Positions 52,461 to 63,460 of a stretch of DNA of 64,000 nucleotides are shown here, piece by piece; the stretch's first letter is position 1; each line of letters opens with the position of its first letter. The stretch is taken from assembly GCA_963790305.1 (NCBI GenBank), contig CAWBOC010000001.1:96001-160000 (forward strand), written 5' to 3'. This DNA comes from an uncultured Gemmatimonadaceae bacterium (GTDB taxonomy: Bacteria; Gemmatimonadota; Gemmatimonadetes; Gemmatimonadales; Gemmatimonadaceae). Under the pieces are notes generated by a model. That model was not told where the DNA came from and made no database searches. It was given only the letters and a program-made list of their open reading frames with translations. The position numbers and the translations under genes are program-made.

Positions 52461-55165
52461 ATGTCGCCATTTTCTCGAGTGCGCATCTTCTCGCTGCACG
52501 CGGGCGCGCTGTGCTGCGCGCTCCCTGCCCTCCTCGCTGGCGCAGAACTGCCGACACCGCCCACATCACGCGTCCGCGAATGGTCGCGGCCGAGCGGTCG
52601 AGTCAGATCACGCTCGACGGCCGTCTCGACGAGCCGGCGTGGGCGGCCTCCACCCCCGCCACGGGCTTTCGGCAGTCGGAGCCTAACGAAGGCCAACCGG
52701 CGACGCAGCCGACTGAGATGCGGATCCTGTACGACGACGTCGCACTCTACATCGGTGCACGGATGTTCGATTCCCTCGGCGCGCGGGGCGTGCGCGCCTA
52801 CCTCACGAGGCGGGACCAGCAGAACGACGGAGACTATCTCGAGATCATCTTCGACACGTTCCACGACCACACCGGGCGGACCATCTTCCAGATCAACCCG
52901 GCGGGCGTCAAGACCGACGCCGGGCAAGCCGCCTCCAACGCGGATCCCTCGTGGGACCCGATCTGGGAGGCCGCGGCGGCGATCGACTCGCTCGGATGGA
53001 CCGCCGAACTCCGGATTCCCTTCGCGCAGCTTCGCTTCTCGCGCGACACCGCGCAGACGTGGGGATTGCAGGTGTGGCGCTACGTCGATCGCCTCAACGA
53101 GACATCAATGTGGTCGTTCTGGGGGAGAAACGCATCCGGTGGCCCACCGCACTTCGGGCACATCGAGGGTCTTCGCGTTCGCGAGCGGCCGCGCGGCCTC
53201 GAGATCCTCCCCTACGTCGTGTCGCGCGCCTCCTACATTCCCATCCGCGAAGGCGATGAGGGGGATCCATTCCGCGACGCGAGCGAGTACACCACGCGCG
53301 TCGGCGGCGATTTGAAGGCATTACTGACGTCGAACCTCACGCTCGACCTCACCGTGAACCCCGACTTCGGCCAGGTCGAGGTCGATCCCGCGGTCGTGAA
53401 CCTCAGCGCATTCGAGACGTCGTTTCAGGAAAAGCGGCCGTTCTTCGTCGAGGGAAGCGGACTGTTCGGGTATGGGGGGCTGAGCTGCTTTTTCTGCAGC
53501 AATGTCTCGAGCCTGTCGCTCTATTACTCGCGGCGGATCGGCCGACAACCGCGTGGCTCGCCGCCCGACGGATACGCGTACCTCGATCGGCCGGAGAACG
53601 CGACGATTCTCGGCGCCGCGAAAATCACCGGTCGCACTCGCGGCGGCTACCAGGTGGGATTTCTCAATGCGGTGACCAAGGCGGAGCAGGCAGACATTGC
53701 GTTCGATGACGGCCGGCCCAGCATCGAGCGCGAGGTCGAGCCGCTCAGCAACTACTTCGTCGGCCGCGTGCGGCGCAACTACACGGGGGGCCGCGGTTAC
53801 CTCGGCGCGATCGCGACGTCGGTCATTCGTCGCTTCGGCTACGACTCCCTGAGACTCGCCATGCCCGAACATGCCGAGGCAATTGGCGTGGACGGGGAGC
53901 GCTGGTGGAGGAATCGCACGTACCGGATCGCGACCAACTTCGCCGTCTCCAGTGTCACGGGTGATCCCAATGTGATTCTCGACTTGCAGGAGTCATCGGC
54001 GCGCTACTTCAATCGCCCGGACCGCGAGCACGGATCGAACGGCACATTCTCGGATCGGTACGATCCGTCGCTGACGGCACTGCGCGGGTTCGCCGGGTAT
54101 GTGCGCGGCTCCAAGGAGTCGGGCGACTGGCTGTTCGAGACGGCGCTCAACGTGCGCAGCCCTGGCTTCGAGGTGAACGACATCGCATTCCTCACGCGGG
54201 CGGACTACGCGTGGATGAACGCCAACGCCTTCCGGCAATGGACCAAGCCGACGAAGCGGTTTCGGCAGGCGTATTGGATTTTCGGCGGACAGCAGCAGTA
54301 CAACTTCGACGGCGATCGGACGGACCTCCAGTTCCAGAACTTTTTCGAGGTGCAGCTGCCGAACTATTGGTGGCTGAACGCGTGGGTGATGCGCCGACCC
54401 GAGGTGTTCGAGGATCGGTTGACGCGAGGCGGGCCGGTGGTGAAGCGATCGGCGGCATGGTATGCGTCGTTCAACGTCAACACCGACAGCCGCAAGCGGG
54501 TCAGCTTCTCAGTGAATCCCGAGGTCGGACGTATCGACAATGGCGGGCGGAGTATCGGTATCTTCACCAGCATCCGCGCCAAGCCGGCGTCGAACGTCGT
54601 GATCTCAATGGAACCCTATTACAGCTACAGCAAGGGGAAATCCCAGTACGTGGACTCGTTCAGCGATACCACCGCCAATCATTTCTACGATCGCCGCGTG
54701 GTCTTCTCCGATCTCGTACAGCACTCGCTGGAGCTCGGCACCAGGCTGAATCTGACCTTTACGCCGACGCTGACGCTGGAGTTGTTCGCGCAGCCGCTCA
54801 TCGCCAGCGGCGACTACGAGAACTTCAAGGAGTTCGTGGCGCCGCGCACGGTCGAGAAGCGCTCATTCGACGCGACGCAGCTGACGTTTCAGGGCGACGA
54901 GTATGTCCTCGACCCCGACCGCAACCCGCTGACGGCGTCGTTCACCTTCTCGAATCCCGACTTCAACTTCCGCTCGCTGCGCGGGAACGCGGTGCTGCGG
55001 TGGGAATATCGCCCCGGATCGACGGTGTTCCTGGTCTGGACGCAGAGCCGTGAGTCGCAGGATCCGGTTGGCGATTTCCAGCTCCGGCGCGACCGGTCAG
55101 CGCTGTTTGACGCACGCCCGGACAATGTGTTCCTCGTGAAGGTCAACTATTGGATTGGGCTGTGA
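52461..55165 (+). CDS. DUF5916 / CBM9-like domain outer-membrane protein (frameshift just after the signal peptide)
   Basis: ITLDGRLDEPAW, WDPIW, WTAELRIPF..LRF, TVNPDFGQVEVDP..NLS.FE, EKRPFF.EG, LRWEYRPGS. Confidence 0.85.
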
Positions 55166-55171
55166 GCTAAC

Positions 55172-55260
55172 GGTGCTCAAGGTGGTCACTGTGCTCGAGG
55201 TGCTCGAGGGGAACCGCGTCTCCTTGAGCACCTCGAGCACAGTGAGCACCTCGAGCACCT
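55172..55260. repeat. Palindromic element of 9-nt units (aggtgctcg / cgagcacct) between the DUF5916 gene and tRNA-Lys
   Basis: ggtgctcaaggtggtcactgtgctcgaggtgctcgagg ... ccttgagcacctcgagcacagtgagcacctcgagcacc. Confidence 0.85.
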
Positions 55261-55268
55261 TGGGACAA

Positions 55269-55341
<73 letters not shown>

Positions 55342-55487
55342 TCGATTTCCGTAATGACTGGAAAATAAATCCGCGACCGAGCCACAGAAAGCAGCATCGG
55401 CACGGTATTGCTCGAATCCACCCGGCCTCGAACTCGCTGACAGGTCGCGCATGAATGCGCGCACTTTCCCGCTATCCGCGCACGCCC

Positions 55488-55733
55488 TCAGCGGGGATGT
55501 ACACGCTTGATTTTCAAAGCCAGATCGACGATCTCGTACTCGTTCTCGCCGACCACGTTGACGCGCATTCCGTCGTGCGTGGTGAGCTCATGCAGCCCCT
55601 CCACGTCGCGCGCGTTCGGAGTGGTCCTCGTCCGAACGTCCTGCATGTGCGCATACTCGATAATGCGGTACACAGTTCCGTCCTCGGCACGCGCCGAGAA
55701 GCGGCCTACCTCACGTACTCGTCTGACTGCCAT
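55488..55733 (-). CDS. Hypothetical small protein
   Basis: MAVRRVREVGRFSARAEDGTVYRIIEY...; GAGGGG RBS before the ATG. Confidence 0.6.
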   Translation of the reverse strand: MAVRRVREVGRFSARAEDGTVYRIIEYAHMQDVRTRTTPNARDVEGLHELTTHDGMRVNVVGENEYEIVDLALKIKRVHPR

Positions 55734-55861
55734 CGTTCCCCCTCGCTGCACGCTCAGGACGCACGAACACTCCGCCTCTTCCCCTACTAAGCGTACCGTA
55801 TTGGGGGGCGCAAAGCCAGCGTTTCAATGCCCACGGACTCTCCTCTGGAGCACAACACACC

Positions 55862-56326
55862 ATGATCGATACGCCCCGCATCACTCGCACCGAGCCGGAG
55901 TCCACCGCCGTTATTCACCTAACGATCCCACGGTCGGAGATCCGCACGGCAATGGGGCCGGGTATCAAGGAGCTCATGGCCACGGTCTCCGCGCAGGGCA
56001 TCACGCCCGCCGGTCCGTGGTTCACGCACCACCTTCGGATGGATCCCGCGACCTTCGATGTGGAGATCGGCGTGCCGGTGAGCTCTCCCGTCGCGCATTC
56101 GGGACGTGTGAGCCCCGGACAATTGCCCGCAGCCACTGTCGCCAGGACCGTATTCCACGGCGGCTACGAGGGACTGTCCGCCGCCTGGCGTGAATTCGAT
56201 GCGTGGATCACGGCCCAGGGCCGAACACCCGTGGGTGATCTCGTTGAGCGCTACCTCGTCGGCCCCGAGTCGGGGCCCGACCCATCGTCGTGGCGCACCG
56301 AGCTCACCAGACCGTTGGCCGACTGA
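55862..56326 (+). CDS. GyrI-like small-molecule-binding domain protein
   Basis: AGPWF, DVEIGVPV, ARTVFHGGYEGL..AW, ERYLVGP...WRTEL. Confidence 0.88.
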   Translation: MIDTPRITRTEPESTAVIHLTIPRSEIRTAMGPGIKELMATVSAQGITPAGPWFTHHLRMDPATFDVEIGVPVSSPVAHSGRVSPGQLPAATVARTVFHGGYEGLSAAWREFDAWITAQGRTPVGDLVERYLVGPESGPDPSSWRTELTRPLAD

Positions 56327-56332
56327 CGCGGC

Positions 56333-56758
56333 CTATTCGGAGAGTCCCCACAACGTCGGCGAGGCGATCTCGACGCTGTTCCCGGCGGGATCGCGCACGT
56401 AGAGTGATCGGCCCCCTCGCGGCCACGTGACCTCGCTCTCGATGGCAATGCCCTTTGTCTCGAGGTAGGTTCGCCAGTCGGGAAGATTGGCGTCGGCGAC
56501 GGCGAACGCAATGTGCCCCGGCCCGCGGGCGCCGTGCAGCGGAACCGACGCTCCGTTCACGGTCGTTGGCTGATTCGCCGTGTTGCGCGGATCGAAGATG
56601 AGGAGGACGCCCGCACCGCATCGAAAGAAGGCGTGGCGTCCCTCGACGAAGGCGATCCGCTCGAGCCCGAGGATGGCTCCGTAGAATTCCTCCGCGGACC
56701 GGAGATCCTCCGCGTACAGCGAAGTCTCCAGCACCCGTGCGATCGTCGTGGGCGGCAT
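56333..56758 (-). CDS. VOC/glyoxalase family protein
   Basis: LETSLYAEDL..AEEFY..ILGL, HIAF, SLYVRDPAGNSVEIA. Confidence 0.9.
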   Translation of the reverse strand: MPPTTIARVLETSLYAEDLRSAEEFYGAILGLERIAFVEGRHAFFRCGAGVLLIFDPRNTANQPTTVNGASVPLHGARGPGHIAFAVADANLPDWRTYLETKGIAIESEVTWPRGGRSLYVRDPAGNSVEIASPTLWGLSE

Positions 56759-56820
56759 GACGTCGAGTCTAGCGCGCCCGTGCGGCGTGCGCGACCTTCG
56801 CGACACTCCTACTCTCGCCT

Positions 56821-58368
56821 ATGACTCGACTCAGCCGGCTGCTCCTGCTGCTCGTCCTTGGATCCTCGCCATTGCCGGCGCAGGCACCGCAACACGTCGA
56901 GAGAGTTCGCAGCGCCGTACGCGAATGGCGGACACGGAACGAGCCGGCGGTACTTCGGGAGCTGTCGATGCTGCTCGCCGTCCCGAATCTCGCCAGCGAC
57001 AGCGTGTCCATTCGCCGGAACGCCGACACACTCGTGGCGATGCTGACGCGACGCGGTATCAGTGCCCGCAGGCTGGAGACACCTGGATCGCCACCGGCGG
57101 TGTACGGCGAGCTGCGGACGGCGGGAGCCACACGCACGATCGTCATGTACGCGCATTACGACGGCCAGCCGGTCGATCCCGCCCGCTGGGCAACGCCTCC
57201 ATGGACACCGACACTCCGCGATGCTCCGCTCGATCGGAACGGGCGAATCATTCCGCTCCCCGACCGCGGCGGCCTCATCGATGACGATGCACGCCTCTAC
57301 GCCCGCTCATCGAGCGACGACAAAGCGCCGATCATCGCCATGCTTGCCGCGATCAATGCGCTGCGCGCCGCCCGAATTCCGCTCTCGGTGAACCTCAAGT
57401 TCTTCCTCGAGGGCGAGGAGGAGGCGGGGTCGGATCATCTGGAGGCAATGCTCCGGCGACACGCCTCGCTCCTCGCGTCCGATGGCTGGATCTTCGGCGA
57501 CGGGCCCGTTCATCAGTCGCGGCGCCCGCAGGTCGTCTTCGGCGTCCGGGGCGTCATGGGCGCCGACCTCACGGTGTACGGACCCGCCCGGCCGCTCCAC
57601 AGCGGGCATTATGGCAATTGGGCTCCCAACCCCTCGGGGCTCCTCGCCCACCTTCTTGCGTCAATGCGCGATACGGAAGGCCGAATCACCATCGCTGGCT
57701 TCCTCGACGACGTGCGCCCTCCAGGCAGGCTCGAGCAGGCGGCGATCCGCCTCGCCCCCGCGGTCGACACGCTCCTTCGGCGAGAGCTGGCGTTAGGCGA
57801 TACCGAGGGGGACGGCGTTCCGCTCCTCGAGCGCATCATGCTGCCGGCGGTGAACGTGCGGGGACTGGACGGAGGCCCGGTCGGCGAGCGAGCGGCCAAC
57901 GTCATCCCGACCCAGGCGACGGCGTCGCTCGACTTTCGATTGGTGCCCGACCAGACACCCGCGCGCGTTCGGGAGCTCGTCGAGGCACACGTGCGCAGCC
58001 AGGGCTATCACGTCGTCCACGACGAGCCGACGCTCGAAGCGCGAGCGAAGCATGCGCGAGTCGCGCGCATCCAGTGGGAGCAGGGCTACCCTGGAATACG
58101 GACCGACATGGACGCGCCGCTGTCCGTCGCGGTGATGCGCGTTCTAGGCACGGCCACCGGAGGCCGCGTCGTCGCAATCCCGATGCTCGGCGGGAGCCTC
58201 CCGATGTACCTCTTCGCCGAGATCCTGAACGCTCCACTCGTGATCGTGCCGATCGTCAATCACGACAACAACCAGCATGCGGCAAACGAGAATCTGCGGA
58301 TCGGGAATCTCCGAGAAGGGATCGAGCTGTACGCGCAGCTGTTCGCGCGGCTCGGGTCGGACTGGTAG
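56821..58368 (+). CDS. M20/M25/M40 family metallo-hydrolase with signal peptide
   Basis: YAHYDGQP, ARSSSDDKAP, EGEEEAGS, HSGHYGN, NNQHAANEN. Confidence 0.92.
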   Translation: MTRLSRLLLLLVLGSSPLPAQAPQHVERVRSAVREWRTRNEPAVLRELSMLLAVPNLASDSVSIRRNADTLVAMLTRRGISARRLETPGSPPAVYGELRTAGATRTIVMYAHYDGQPVDPARWATPPWTPTLRDAPLDRNGRIIPLPDRGGLIDDDARLYARSSSDDKAPIIAMLAAINALRAARIPLSVNLKFFLEGEEEAGSDHLEAMLRRHASLLASDGWIFGDGPVHQSRRPQVVFGVRGVMGADLTVYGPARPLHSGHYGNWAPNPSGLLAHLLASMRDTEGRITIAGFLDDVRPPGRLEQAAIRLAPAVDTLLRRELALGDTEGDGVPLLERIMLPAVNVRGLDGGPVGERAANVIPTQATASLDFRLVPDQTPARVRELVEAHVRSQGYHVVHDEPTLEARAKHARVARIQWEQGYPGIRTDMDAPLSVAVMRVLGTATGGRVVAIPMLGGSLPMYLFAEILNAPLVIVPIVNHDNNQHAANENLRIGNLREGIELYAQLFARLGSDW

Positions 58369-58514
58369 GGGTCAGGAGTCAGGGGTCGGAGTCAGGGGTC
58401 AGGGGTGGAAAGGCGCGGCAGCGAAGCTGCCGCGCTCATCTGATGAGGGCCGCCCGCGCGAAGCGCGGCGGCCCCTTTCCACCCCTGACCCCTGACTCCT
58501 GACCCCTGACCCCC
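58368..58514. repeat. Branched palindromic element with ggggtca 7-nt arms and inner GCGAAGC hairpins
   Basis: Outer stem ggggtcaggggtggaaagg/cctttccacccctgacccc encloses gcgcggcagc-gaa-gctgccgcgc, tcatc-t-gatga and gggccgcccgcgc-gaa-gcgcggcggccc. Confidence 0.85.
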
Positions 58515-58547
58515 AAAAAAAACGGGGAGCCCTGAGGGCCCCCCGTC
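58515..58547 (-). terminator. Rho-independent terminator of the OmpA-family gene
   Basis: On the minus strand acggggggccc-tca-gggctccccgt followed by a T8 run. Confidence 0.7.
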
Positions 58548-58570
58548 GCGATGATCCCACTACCGGATGC

Positions 58571-59212
58571 TTATTGAAGCGTATTCGCCTCGGCCATCGT
58601 CGGCTCGCCGCGGCTCTCGACCACGAACACGACACGACGATTCTTCTCGGCGCCGGGATCATCACGCTCGGCACCAACTACGACCTGACGCGTCTCGCCG
58701 TAACCGATCGCGTCGATGAGCTCGGGGCTCAGGCCGGCCGTCGTCAGGTGCGCGCGAACTGCTTCAGCGCGACGCATCGACAGCGAGCGGTTGTACGTCG
58801 TGGTGCCCGCGGGATCCGCGAAACCCTCGACGGTGATCTTCGAGCCCTGGTAATAGTTCTGCACGACCTTGGCGAAGCGATCGAGCGCCGGAACGTCCTC
58901 GGGACGAACGGTCGCGTCGTCAAACGCGAAGTTCACCGGGAACGCGAACTTCAGGCCCTCTTCCATGGCCGTGATCTTCGCGCCGAACTCGGTACGGAGG
59001 TTCTGCAGCTCGGTGCGGAGGTTCTGAACGTCGGTGCGAAGCGTCTGCACGTCGGCCTGAATGGCTTCGTCAGCGCTCATGCGGGCCGTTCTCTCGGTCT
59101 CATTGGCGGTGTTCTGCTCCGCAATGGCCCGATTGAACTTTCCATTCGAAACGCAGGCGGCAAACAGCGGAACCGTCAGCGCCAGGACCGCGAAATTTCT
59201 CAGGTTCTTCAT
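58571..59212 (-). CDS. OmpA/Pal family lipoprotein with coiled coil
   Basis: Lipobox FAAC; VNFAFD, ITVEGFADPAG...YNRSLSMRRAEAV, GYGE, KNRRV. Confidence 0.92.
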   Translation of the reverse strand: MKNLRNFAVLALTVPLFAACVSNGKFNRAIAEQNTANETERTARMSADEAIQADVQTLRTDVQNLRTELQNLRTEFGAKITAMEEGLKFAFPVNFAFDDATVRPEDVPALDRFAKVVQNYYQGSKITVEGFADPAGTTTYNRSLSMRRAEAVRAHLTTAGLSPELIDAIGYGETRQVVVGAERDDPGAEKNRRVVFVVESRGEPTMAEANTLQ

Positions 59213-59311
59213 ATTCGTACTCTCCGGGGTGGGGGATCTCGCCAGTCTGACAACGCTCAAATTAAAGAGCGAGAAGTGTGCCCGCAAGTCGCGTAAGTTG
59301 TTGTAAATCAA

Positions 59312-59327
59312 TGTGATGTGAATCACA
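59312..59327. promoter_or_regulatory. CRP/FNR-family-like binding site upstream of the OmpA-family gene
   Basis: TGTGA-tgtgaa-TCACA in an AT-rich patch 100 nt upstream of the ATG. Confidence 0.55.
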
Positions 59328-59529
59328 ATAGCGCATGCTCGCGGCGCACTTCGCTAAGCATTCGGTCTTCGCCAAGACACAATAATAACAGTCAGAATCG
59401 CGCCAGAACGGTGCCTACGCGCCAGTTATTTGGGGGGCCCCAGCGTCCGTTGCGCTGCAGTCCACGGCCGCTACAGACACGTGCGTGGGGGCAAATGTGG
59501 ATTCTGTCGCGACGCCCGGGACAATGATC

Positions 59530-60198
59530 TCACCCGCATCCTCGAACAATGCTCCCGCGCGAAGGCGCGCCTCGCACCGCGGCGACGAACAGTCGACAAT
59601 GGTGAACCGTCGGGCCACGACGCGTCAGTCCACGTACGTGGTCAGCGGTCCCATAGCCACAGTTCGACGCCCAGGCAAAGTCGGGATAACGCACCGCCAG
59701 TCGCGCCATGAGGCGATCGCGCGTGACCTTCGCGACGATCGATGCGCACGCGATGTTGAAGCACTTCGCATCACCATCGATCACGCCCGTATGATCGAAG
59801 CCGAGCGAGCGGAGCCGCCGACCGTCCACGAGCACATGATCGGGGTGGATGCCGAGCCGCGCGAGAGCGCGACGCATCGCGAGCACGCTGGCGTTGAAGA
59901 TGTTGATGGTGTCGATCTCTCGCACGGACGCCGCTCCGACTGCGAACGCGAGCGCACGCTCTCGTATGCGGACGCAGAGCTTCTCGCGCTCCTTGCGGCT
60001 GAGGCGCTTCGAGTCGTCCACGCCGCGAATCGCCGGGACGCCCGGGGGCATGACGACGGCAGATGCGACGACGGGGCCCGCGAGGGGGCCCCGTCCGACC
60101 TCATCGACACCGGCGATCAGCAGTACGCCAGACCGGCGCAGCTCGCGTTCGATTCCGCTCCAGCGAGCGTACCGAGGCTCGCGGCGACCGCCCTTCAC
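59530..60198 (-). CDS. rnhB: Ribonuclease HII
   Basis: IAGVDEVGRGPLAGPVVASAV, DSKRLS, VLVDG, GDAK...IACASIVAKVTRD, GYGT. Confidence 0.95.
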   Translation of the reverse strand: MKGGRREPRYARWSGIERELRRSGVLLIAGVDEVGRGPLAGPVVASAVVMPPGVPAIRGVDDSKRLSRKEREKLCVRIRERALAFAVGAASVREIDTINIFNASVLAMRRALARLGIHPDHVLVDGRRLRSLGFDHTGVIDGDAKCFNIACASIVAKVTRDRLMARLAVRYPDFAWASNCGYGTADHVRGLTRRGPTVHHCRLFVAAVRGAPSRGSIVRGCG

Positions 60199-60201
60199 GC
60201 G

Positions 60202-60570
60202 TTACTCCTCGGTGGTGTCCTGCGTGCGGGACTTCTTGGCGCGAATACGGGTCGCCTTGCCGCTCAGCTCGCGCAGGTAGTACAGCTTCGCGCGCCGCAC
60301 CTGGCCTCGCCGGACCACGGCAATGTCGCCGATCATGGGGCTGTGCACGGGGAAGATGCGCTCGACGCCGACGCCGTTCGACACTTTGCGGACCGTGAAC
60401 GTCTCGCTCACGCCGCTCCCACGACGTGCAATGCACACGCCCTCGAACGCCTGGAGGCGTTCCTTCTCACCTTCCTTGACGCGCACGTTCACTCGGAGCG
60501 TGTCGCCAGGGCGAAAGGGGGGAATGTCGGCGCGAATGAACTCTTTTTGGGTTTCGATGAAGGGGTGCAT
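60202..60570 (-). CDS. rplS: 50S ribosomal protein L19
   Basis: [53 protein letters not shown]. Confidence 0.98.
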   Translation of the reverse strand: MHPFIETQKEFIRADIPPFRPGDTLRVNVRVKEGEKERLQAFEGVCIARRGSGVSETFTVRKVSNGVGVERIFPVHSPMIGDIAVVRRGQVRRAKLYYLRELSGKATRIRAKKSRTQDTTEE

Positions 60571-60701
60571 AAGGCGCTCTCAGGGCTGAAGGGGGCCGCC
60601 CAAGATTGGAAAATTGTCAGATGGAGACAGGCAAGCTACACCCGGCGAAGCGTTTATGCCAGCCGTGCGATACCCGGGCGCGCGCCGGTCGTCCTTGGCT
60701 C

Positions 60702-61370
60702 GTGAAGGCCCTCATTGCCGACGATGACACCCTGATGCGCACGTTGACCACGCACGCGGTACGCGAGCGCGGTCACGAAGTGCTGGAAGCGAATGACGGC
60801 GAGCAGGCGCTGCACATCTTCGAGGCCGACCATCCGCAGCTCGTCATCATCGACTGGAATATGCCGAGCCTCACCGGAGTGGACGTCACTCGTCGCATTC
60901 GTGAGTCGGAGTGGTCGCGCGAGACCTTCGTCGTGATGCTGACGGCGCGCGACGCCGGCGAGGACCTCCTGGCCGCGCTCGATGCCGGCGTCGACGACTA
61001 CGTGACGAAGCCCGTGATGCTCAGTCACCTTCGCGCGCGTATCGCGATTGCCGAGCGGCGCGTGGAGCAGAACGCCGCGCGCTGGCGAGTCGAGGCTGAG
61101 CTGGCGCAGAGCCGATGGCTGGCGGGGGTTGGTGAGTTGGCGATCGCCCTCCAGCACGAGATCAACAACCCTCTCGCCTCTCTCATCTCGCACGCGTCGC
61201 TCCTCTCAGCGTCCGAGACGCTGGCGCCGGATGACGCCAGCACGGTACAGATTCTCCTGACCGAGGCGCGCCGCATTGCCAGTGTCGTGAAGCGGCTGAC
61301 GAGCATCCAGGAGCCCCGGTCGGTGGAGTATGCCGGGAGCATGCGGATGGTGGATCTGAACGAGGAGTAG
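60702..61370 (+). CDS. Response regulator receiver fused to a HisKA/DHp domain (no ATPase domain)
   Basis: LIADDD, IIDWNMP, MLTA, DYVTKP; H-box ALQHEINNPL; ORF ends about 60 aa later. Confidence 0.85.
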   Translation: MKALIADDDTLMRTLTTHAVRERGHEVLEANDGEQALHIFEADHPQLVIIDWNMPSLTGVDVTRRIRESEWSRETFVVMLTARDAGEDLLAALDAGVDDYVTKPVMLSHLRARIAIAERRVEQNAARWRVEAELAQSRWLAGVGELAIALQHEINNPLASLISHASLLSASETLAPDDASTVQILLTEARRIASVVKRLTSIQEPRSVEYAGSMRMVDLNEE

Positions 61371-61412
61371 GTGCTCGAGCACCCTGTATTCTGACCGCCG
61401 TTCTCTTCGTCA

Positions 61413-62801
61413 CTATTCCGTGTGCGGCGTGCTCCGCTCGCCCACGCGAACCGTCTTCACGTTGACGAACGCGCGAATGCCCTCTTCGCCAAGCTCACGC
61501 CCGTAGCCTGAGCGCTTGATCCCGCCAAAGGGTAGTCGCGCATCGCTGGCGACCATCCCGTTGATCGCGATCGTTCCCGCTTCGAGCTCGCTGCCGAAGC
61601 GCTGCTGCTCCTGCTTGTCGGCCGTCCAGGCAGCGGCGCCGAGTCCGAAGGTGGTGGAGTTCGCGAGGCGGATGGCGTCGGCGAGGTCGCGGGCGCGGAA
61701 GACGGGCGCGACCGGTCCAAAGAGCTCTTCGCGCGCGGCGGGTGAGTCTTCCGACACGTCGACCAGAACGGTGGGCTCGTAGAAATTCCCCGCGCGGTCA
61801 AGTCGTCGTCCGCCGGTGAGGACTCGCGCTCCGTTCGCGACGCTTCGCTGCACCTGGTCCTCGAGATCGGCAAGAATCTGAGGCGTGGCGAGCGGCCCGA
61901 TCTCCGTCTTCTCATCGAGGGGGTCGCCCACCCGCAGCGATCTCATTCGCTCCACAAATCGCGCGGTGAACCGGTCGAAGATCTCGTCGTGCACGATGAA
62001 TCGCTTGGCGGCGATACACGACTGACCGTTGTTGACGGTCCGTGCGCGCACCGCCGTCTCCACGGCGTCGTCCAGGGACGCCGTGGGCATGACGATGAAC
62101 GGATCACTCCCGCCGAGCTCGAGGACGCTTGGCTTGATCTCACGACCGGCCCGCGCACCGACGTCCCGCCCGGCAGCTTCGCTGCCGGTGAGCGTCACTG
62201 CCGCGATGCGCGCATCGGCGATCAGTGGGCCCACCGCCTCGGAACCGATCAGCAACGTCTGAAAGACGCCCTCGGGAAGACCCGCACGACGGAGTACGTC
62301 CTCGATAGCGAGCGCGCACTGCGGCACGTTCGAGGCGTGCTTGAGCAAGGCGACGTTCCCCGCCATGATCGCGGGCGCCGCGAATCGGAAGACCTGCCAG
62401 AAGGGGAAGTTCCATGGCATGACCGCAAGCACGACGCCGAGTGGCTGAAAGAGCACGAAGCTCTCTCCACTCTCGGTGTGAACATCACGTCGCGAGAGAT
62501 GCCGCTCGGCGTTCTCGGCGTAATAACGACACCCCGTCGCGCACTTCGCGGCCTCTTCCATGGCGGCGCGAATGGGTTTCCCCATCTCTCGCGTCATCAG
62601 GCGCCCGAGCTCGGCTCGCTCGCGTTCCAGAAGCTCCGCCGCCCTCATCATGATCCGGGCACGCGAGGCGAACGTGGTGCCGCGCCATTCGCGCCAGGCG
62701 TCCTGCGCCTTCGTCGCCCGGGCATCGACCTGCGTGGCGGAGTGAGGCTCGAAGGTCGCCAGCACGTCACCGCTCGCGGGGTCGATCGACTTCAGGCTCA
62801 C
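61413..62801 (-). CDS. NAD(P)-dependent succinate-semialdehyde dehydrogenase (Sad/GabD1-like)
   Basis: [63 protein letters not shown]. Confidence 0.92.
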   Translation of the reverse strand: MSLKSIDPASGDVLATFEPHSATQVDARATKAQDAWREWRGTTFASRARIMMRAAELLERERAELGRLMTREMGKPIRAAMEEAAKCATGCRYYAENAERHLSRRDVHTESGESFVLFQPLGVVLAVMPWNFPFWQVFRFAAPAIMAGNVALLKHASNVPQCALAIEDVLRRAGLPEGVFQTLLIGSEAVGPLIADARIAAVTLTGSEAAGRDVGARAGREIKPSVLELGGSDPFIVMPTASLDDAVETAVRARTVNNGQSCIAAKRFIVHDEIFDRFTARFVERMRSLRVGDPLDEKTEIGPLATPQILADLEDQVQRSVANGARVLTGGRRLDRAGNFYEPTVLVDVSEDSPAAREELFGPVAPVFRARDLADAIRLANSTTFGLGAAAWTADKQEQQRFGSELEAGTIAINGMVASDARLPFGGIKRSGYGRELGEEGIRAFVNVKTVRVGERSTPHTE

Positions 62802-63460
62802 AGATCACTCCGGCGCTGGTCAGTGAGACGCGCCGCCTCCGCCCGCCTCCACGCCGCAATTCGGGCGTGATCACCCGACAGAAGAACATCGGGCACGGCC
62901 AAGCCGCGGAATACCGGAGGGCGCGTATAGCTGGGCGCGCTGAGCCCGTCCTCCCAATGCGAGTCGGTATACGCGCTCTCGTGGTCGGACATCGCACCCG
63001 CGAGCAGTCGAACGGTGGCGTCGACGATGGCGAGGGCGGCAGGCTCGCCGCCGCTGAGGACGAACGGGCCTAACGACACCTCTTCGGTCGCCAGATGGTC
63101 CGCAACCCGCTGGTCCACATCCTTGTAATGCCCACACAGGATGGTCAGCTCCGAACCCTCGGCGTACCGGCGGGCATCGGCCTGCGTGAACGGCGCCCCG
63201 CGCGCGGAGACGAGAACGATCGGCGTGGTGGCGCCGAGCGACTCCACCGCCTCGAAGAAGGGCTCGGGCTTCATGACCATGCCTGGTCCGCCGCCGTACG
63301 GATAGTCATCGACGGTGCGGTGGCGGTCATGCGTGAACTCGCGGAGGTCGACGACGCGATATTCCACCGAGCCGGCCTGCGCCGCCCGCGCCGGGATGCT
63401 CAACGAGAGCGGCGCCTGGAAGAACTCCGGAAAGATCGTGACGATCGTGACGCGCAGCAT
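62798..63460 (-). CDS. trmD: tRNA (guanine-N1)-methyltransferase
   Basis: TIFPEFF, VDDYPYGGGPGMVMKPEP, LCGHYKDVDQRV, VLSGGE, YTRP, LLSGDH. Confidence 0.97.
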   Translation of the reverse strand: MLRVTIVTIFPEFFQAPLSLSIPARAAQAGSVEYRVVDLREFTHDRHRTVDDYPYGGGPGMVMKPEPFFEAVESLGATTPIVLVSARGAPFTQADARRYAEGSELTILCGHYKDVDQRVADHLATEEVSLGPFVLSGGEPAALAIVDATVRLLAGAMSDHESAYTDSHWEDGLSAPSYTRPPVFRGLAVPDVLLSGDHARIAAWRRAEAARLTDQRRSDL

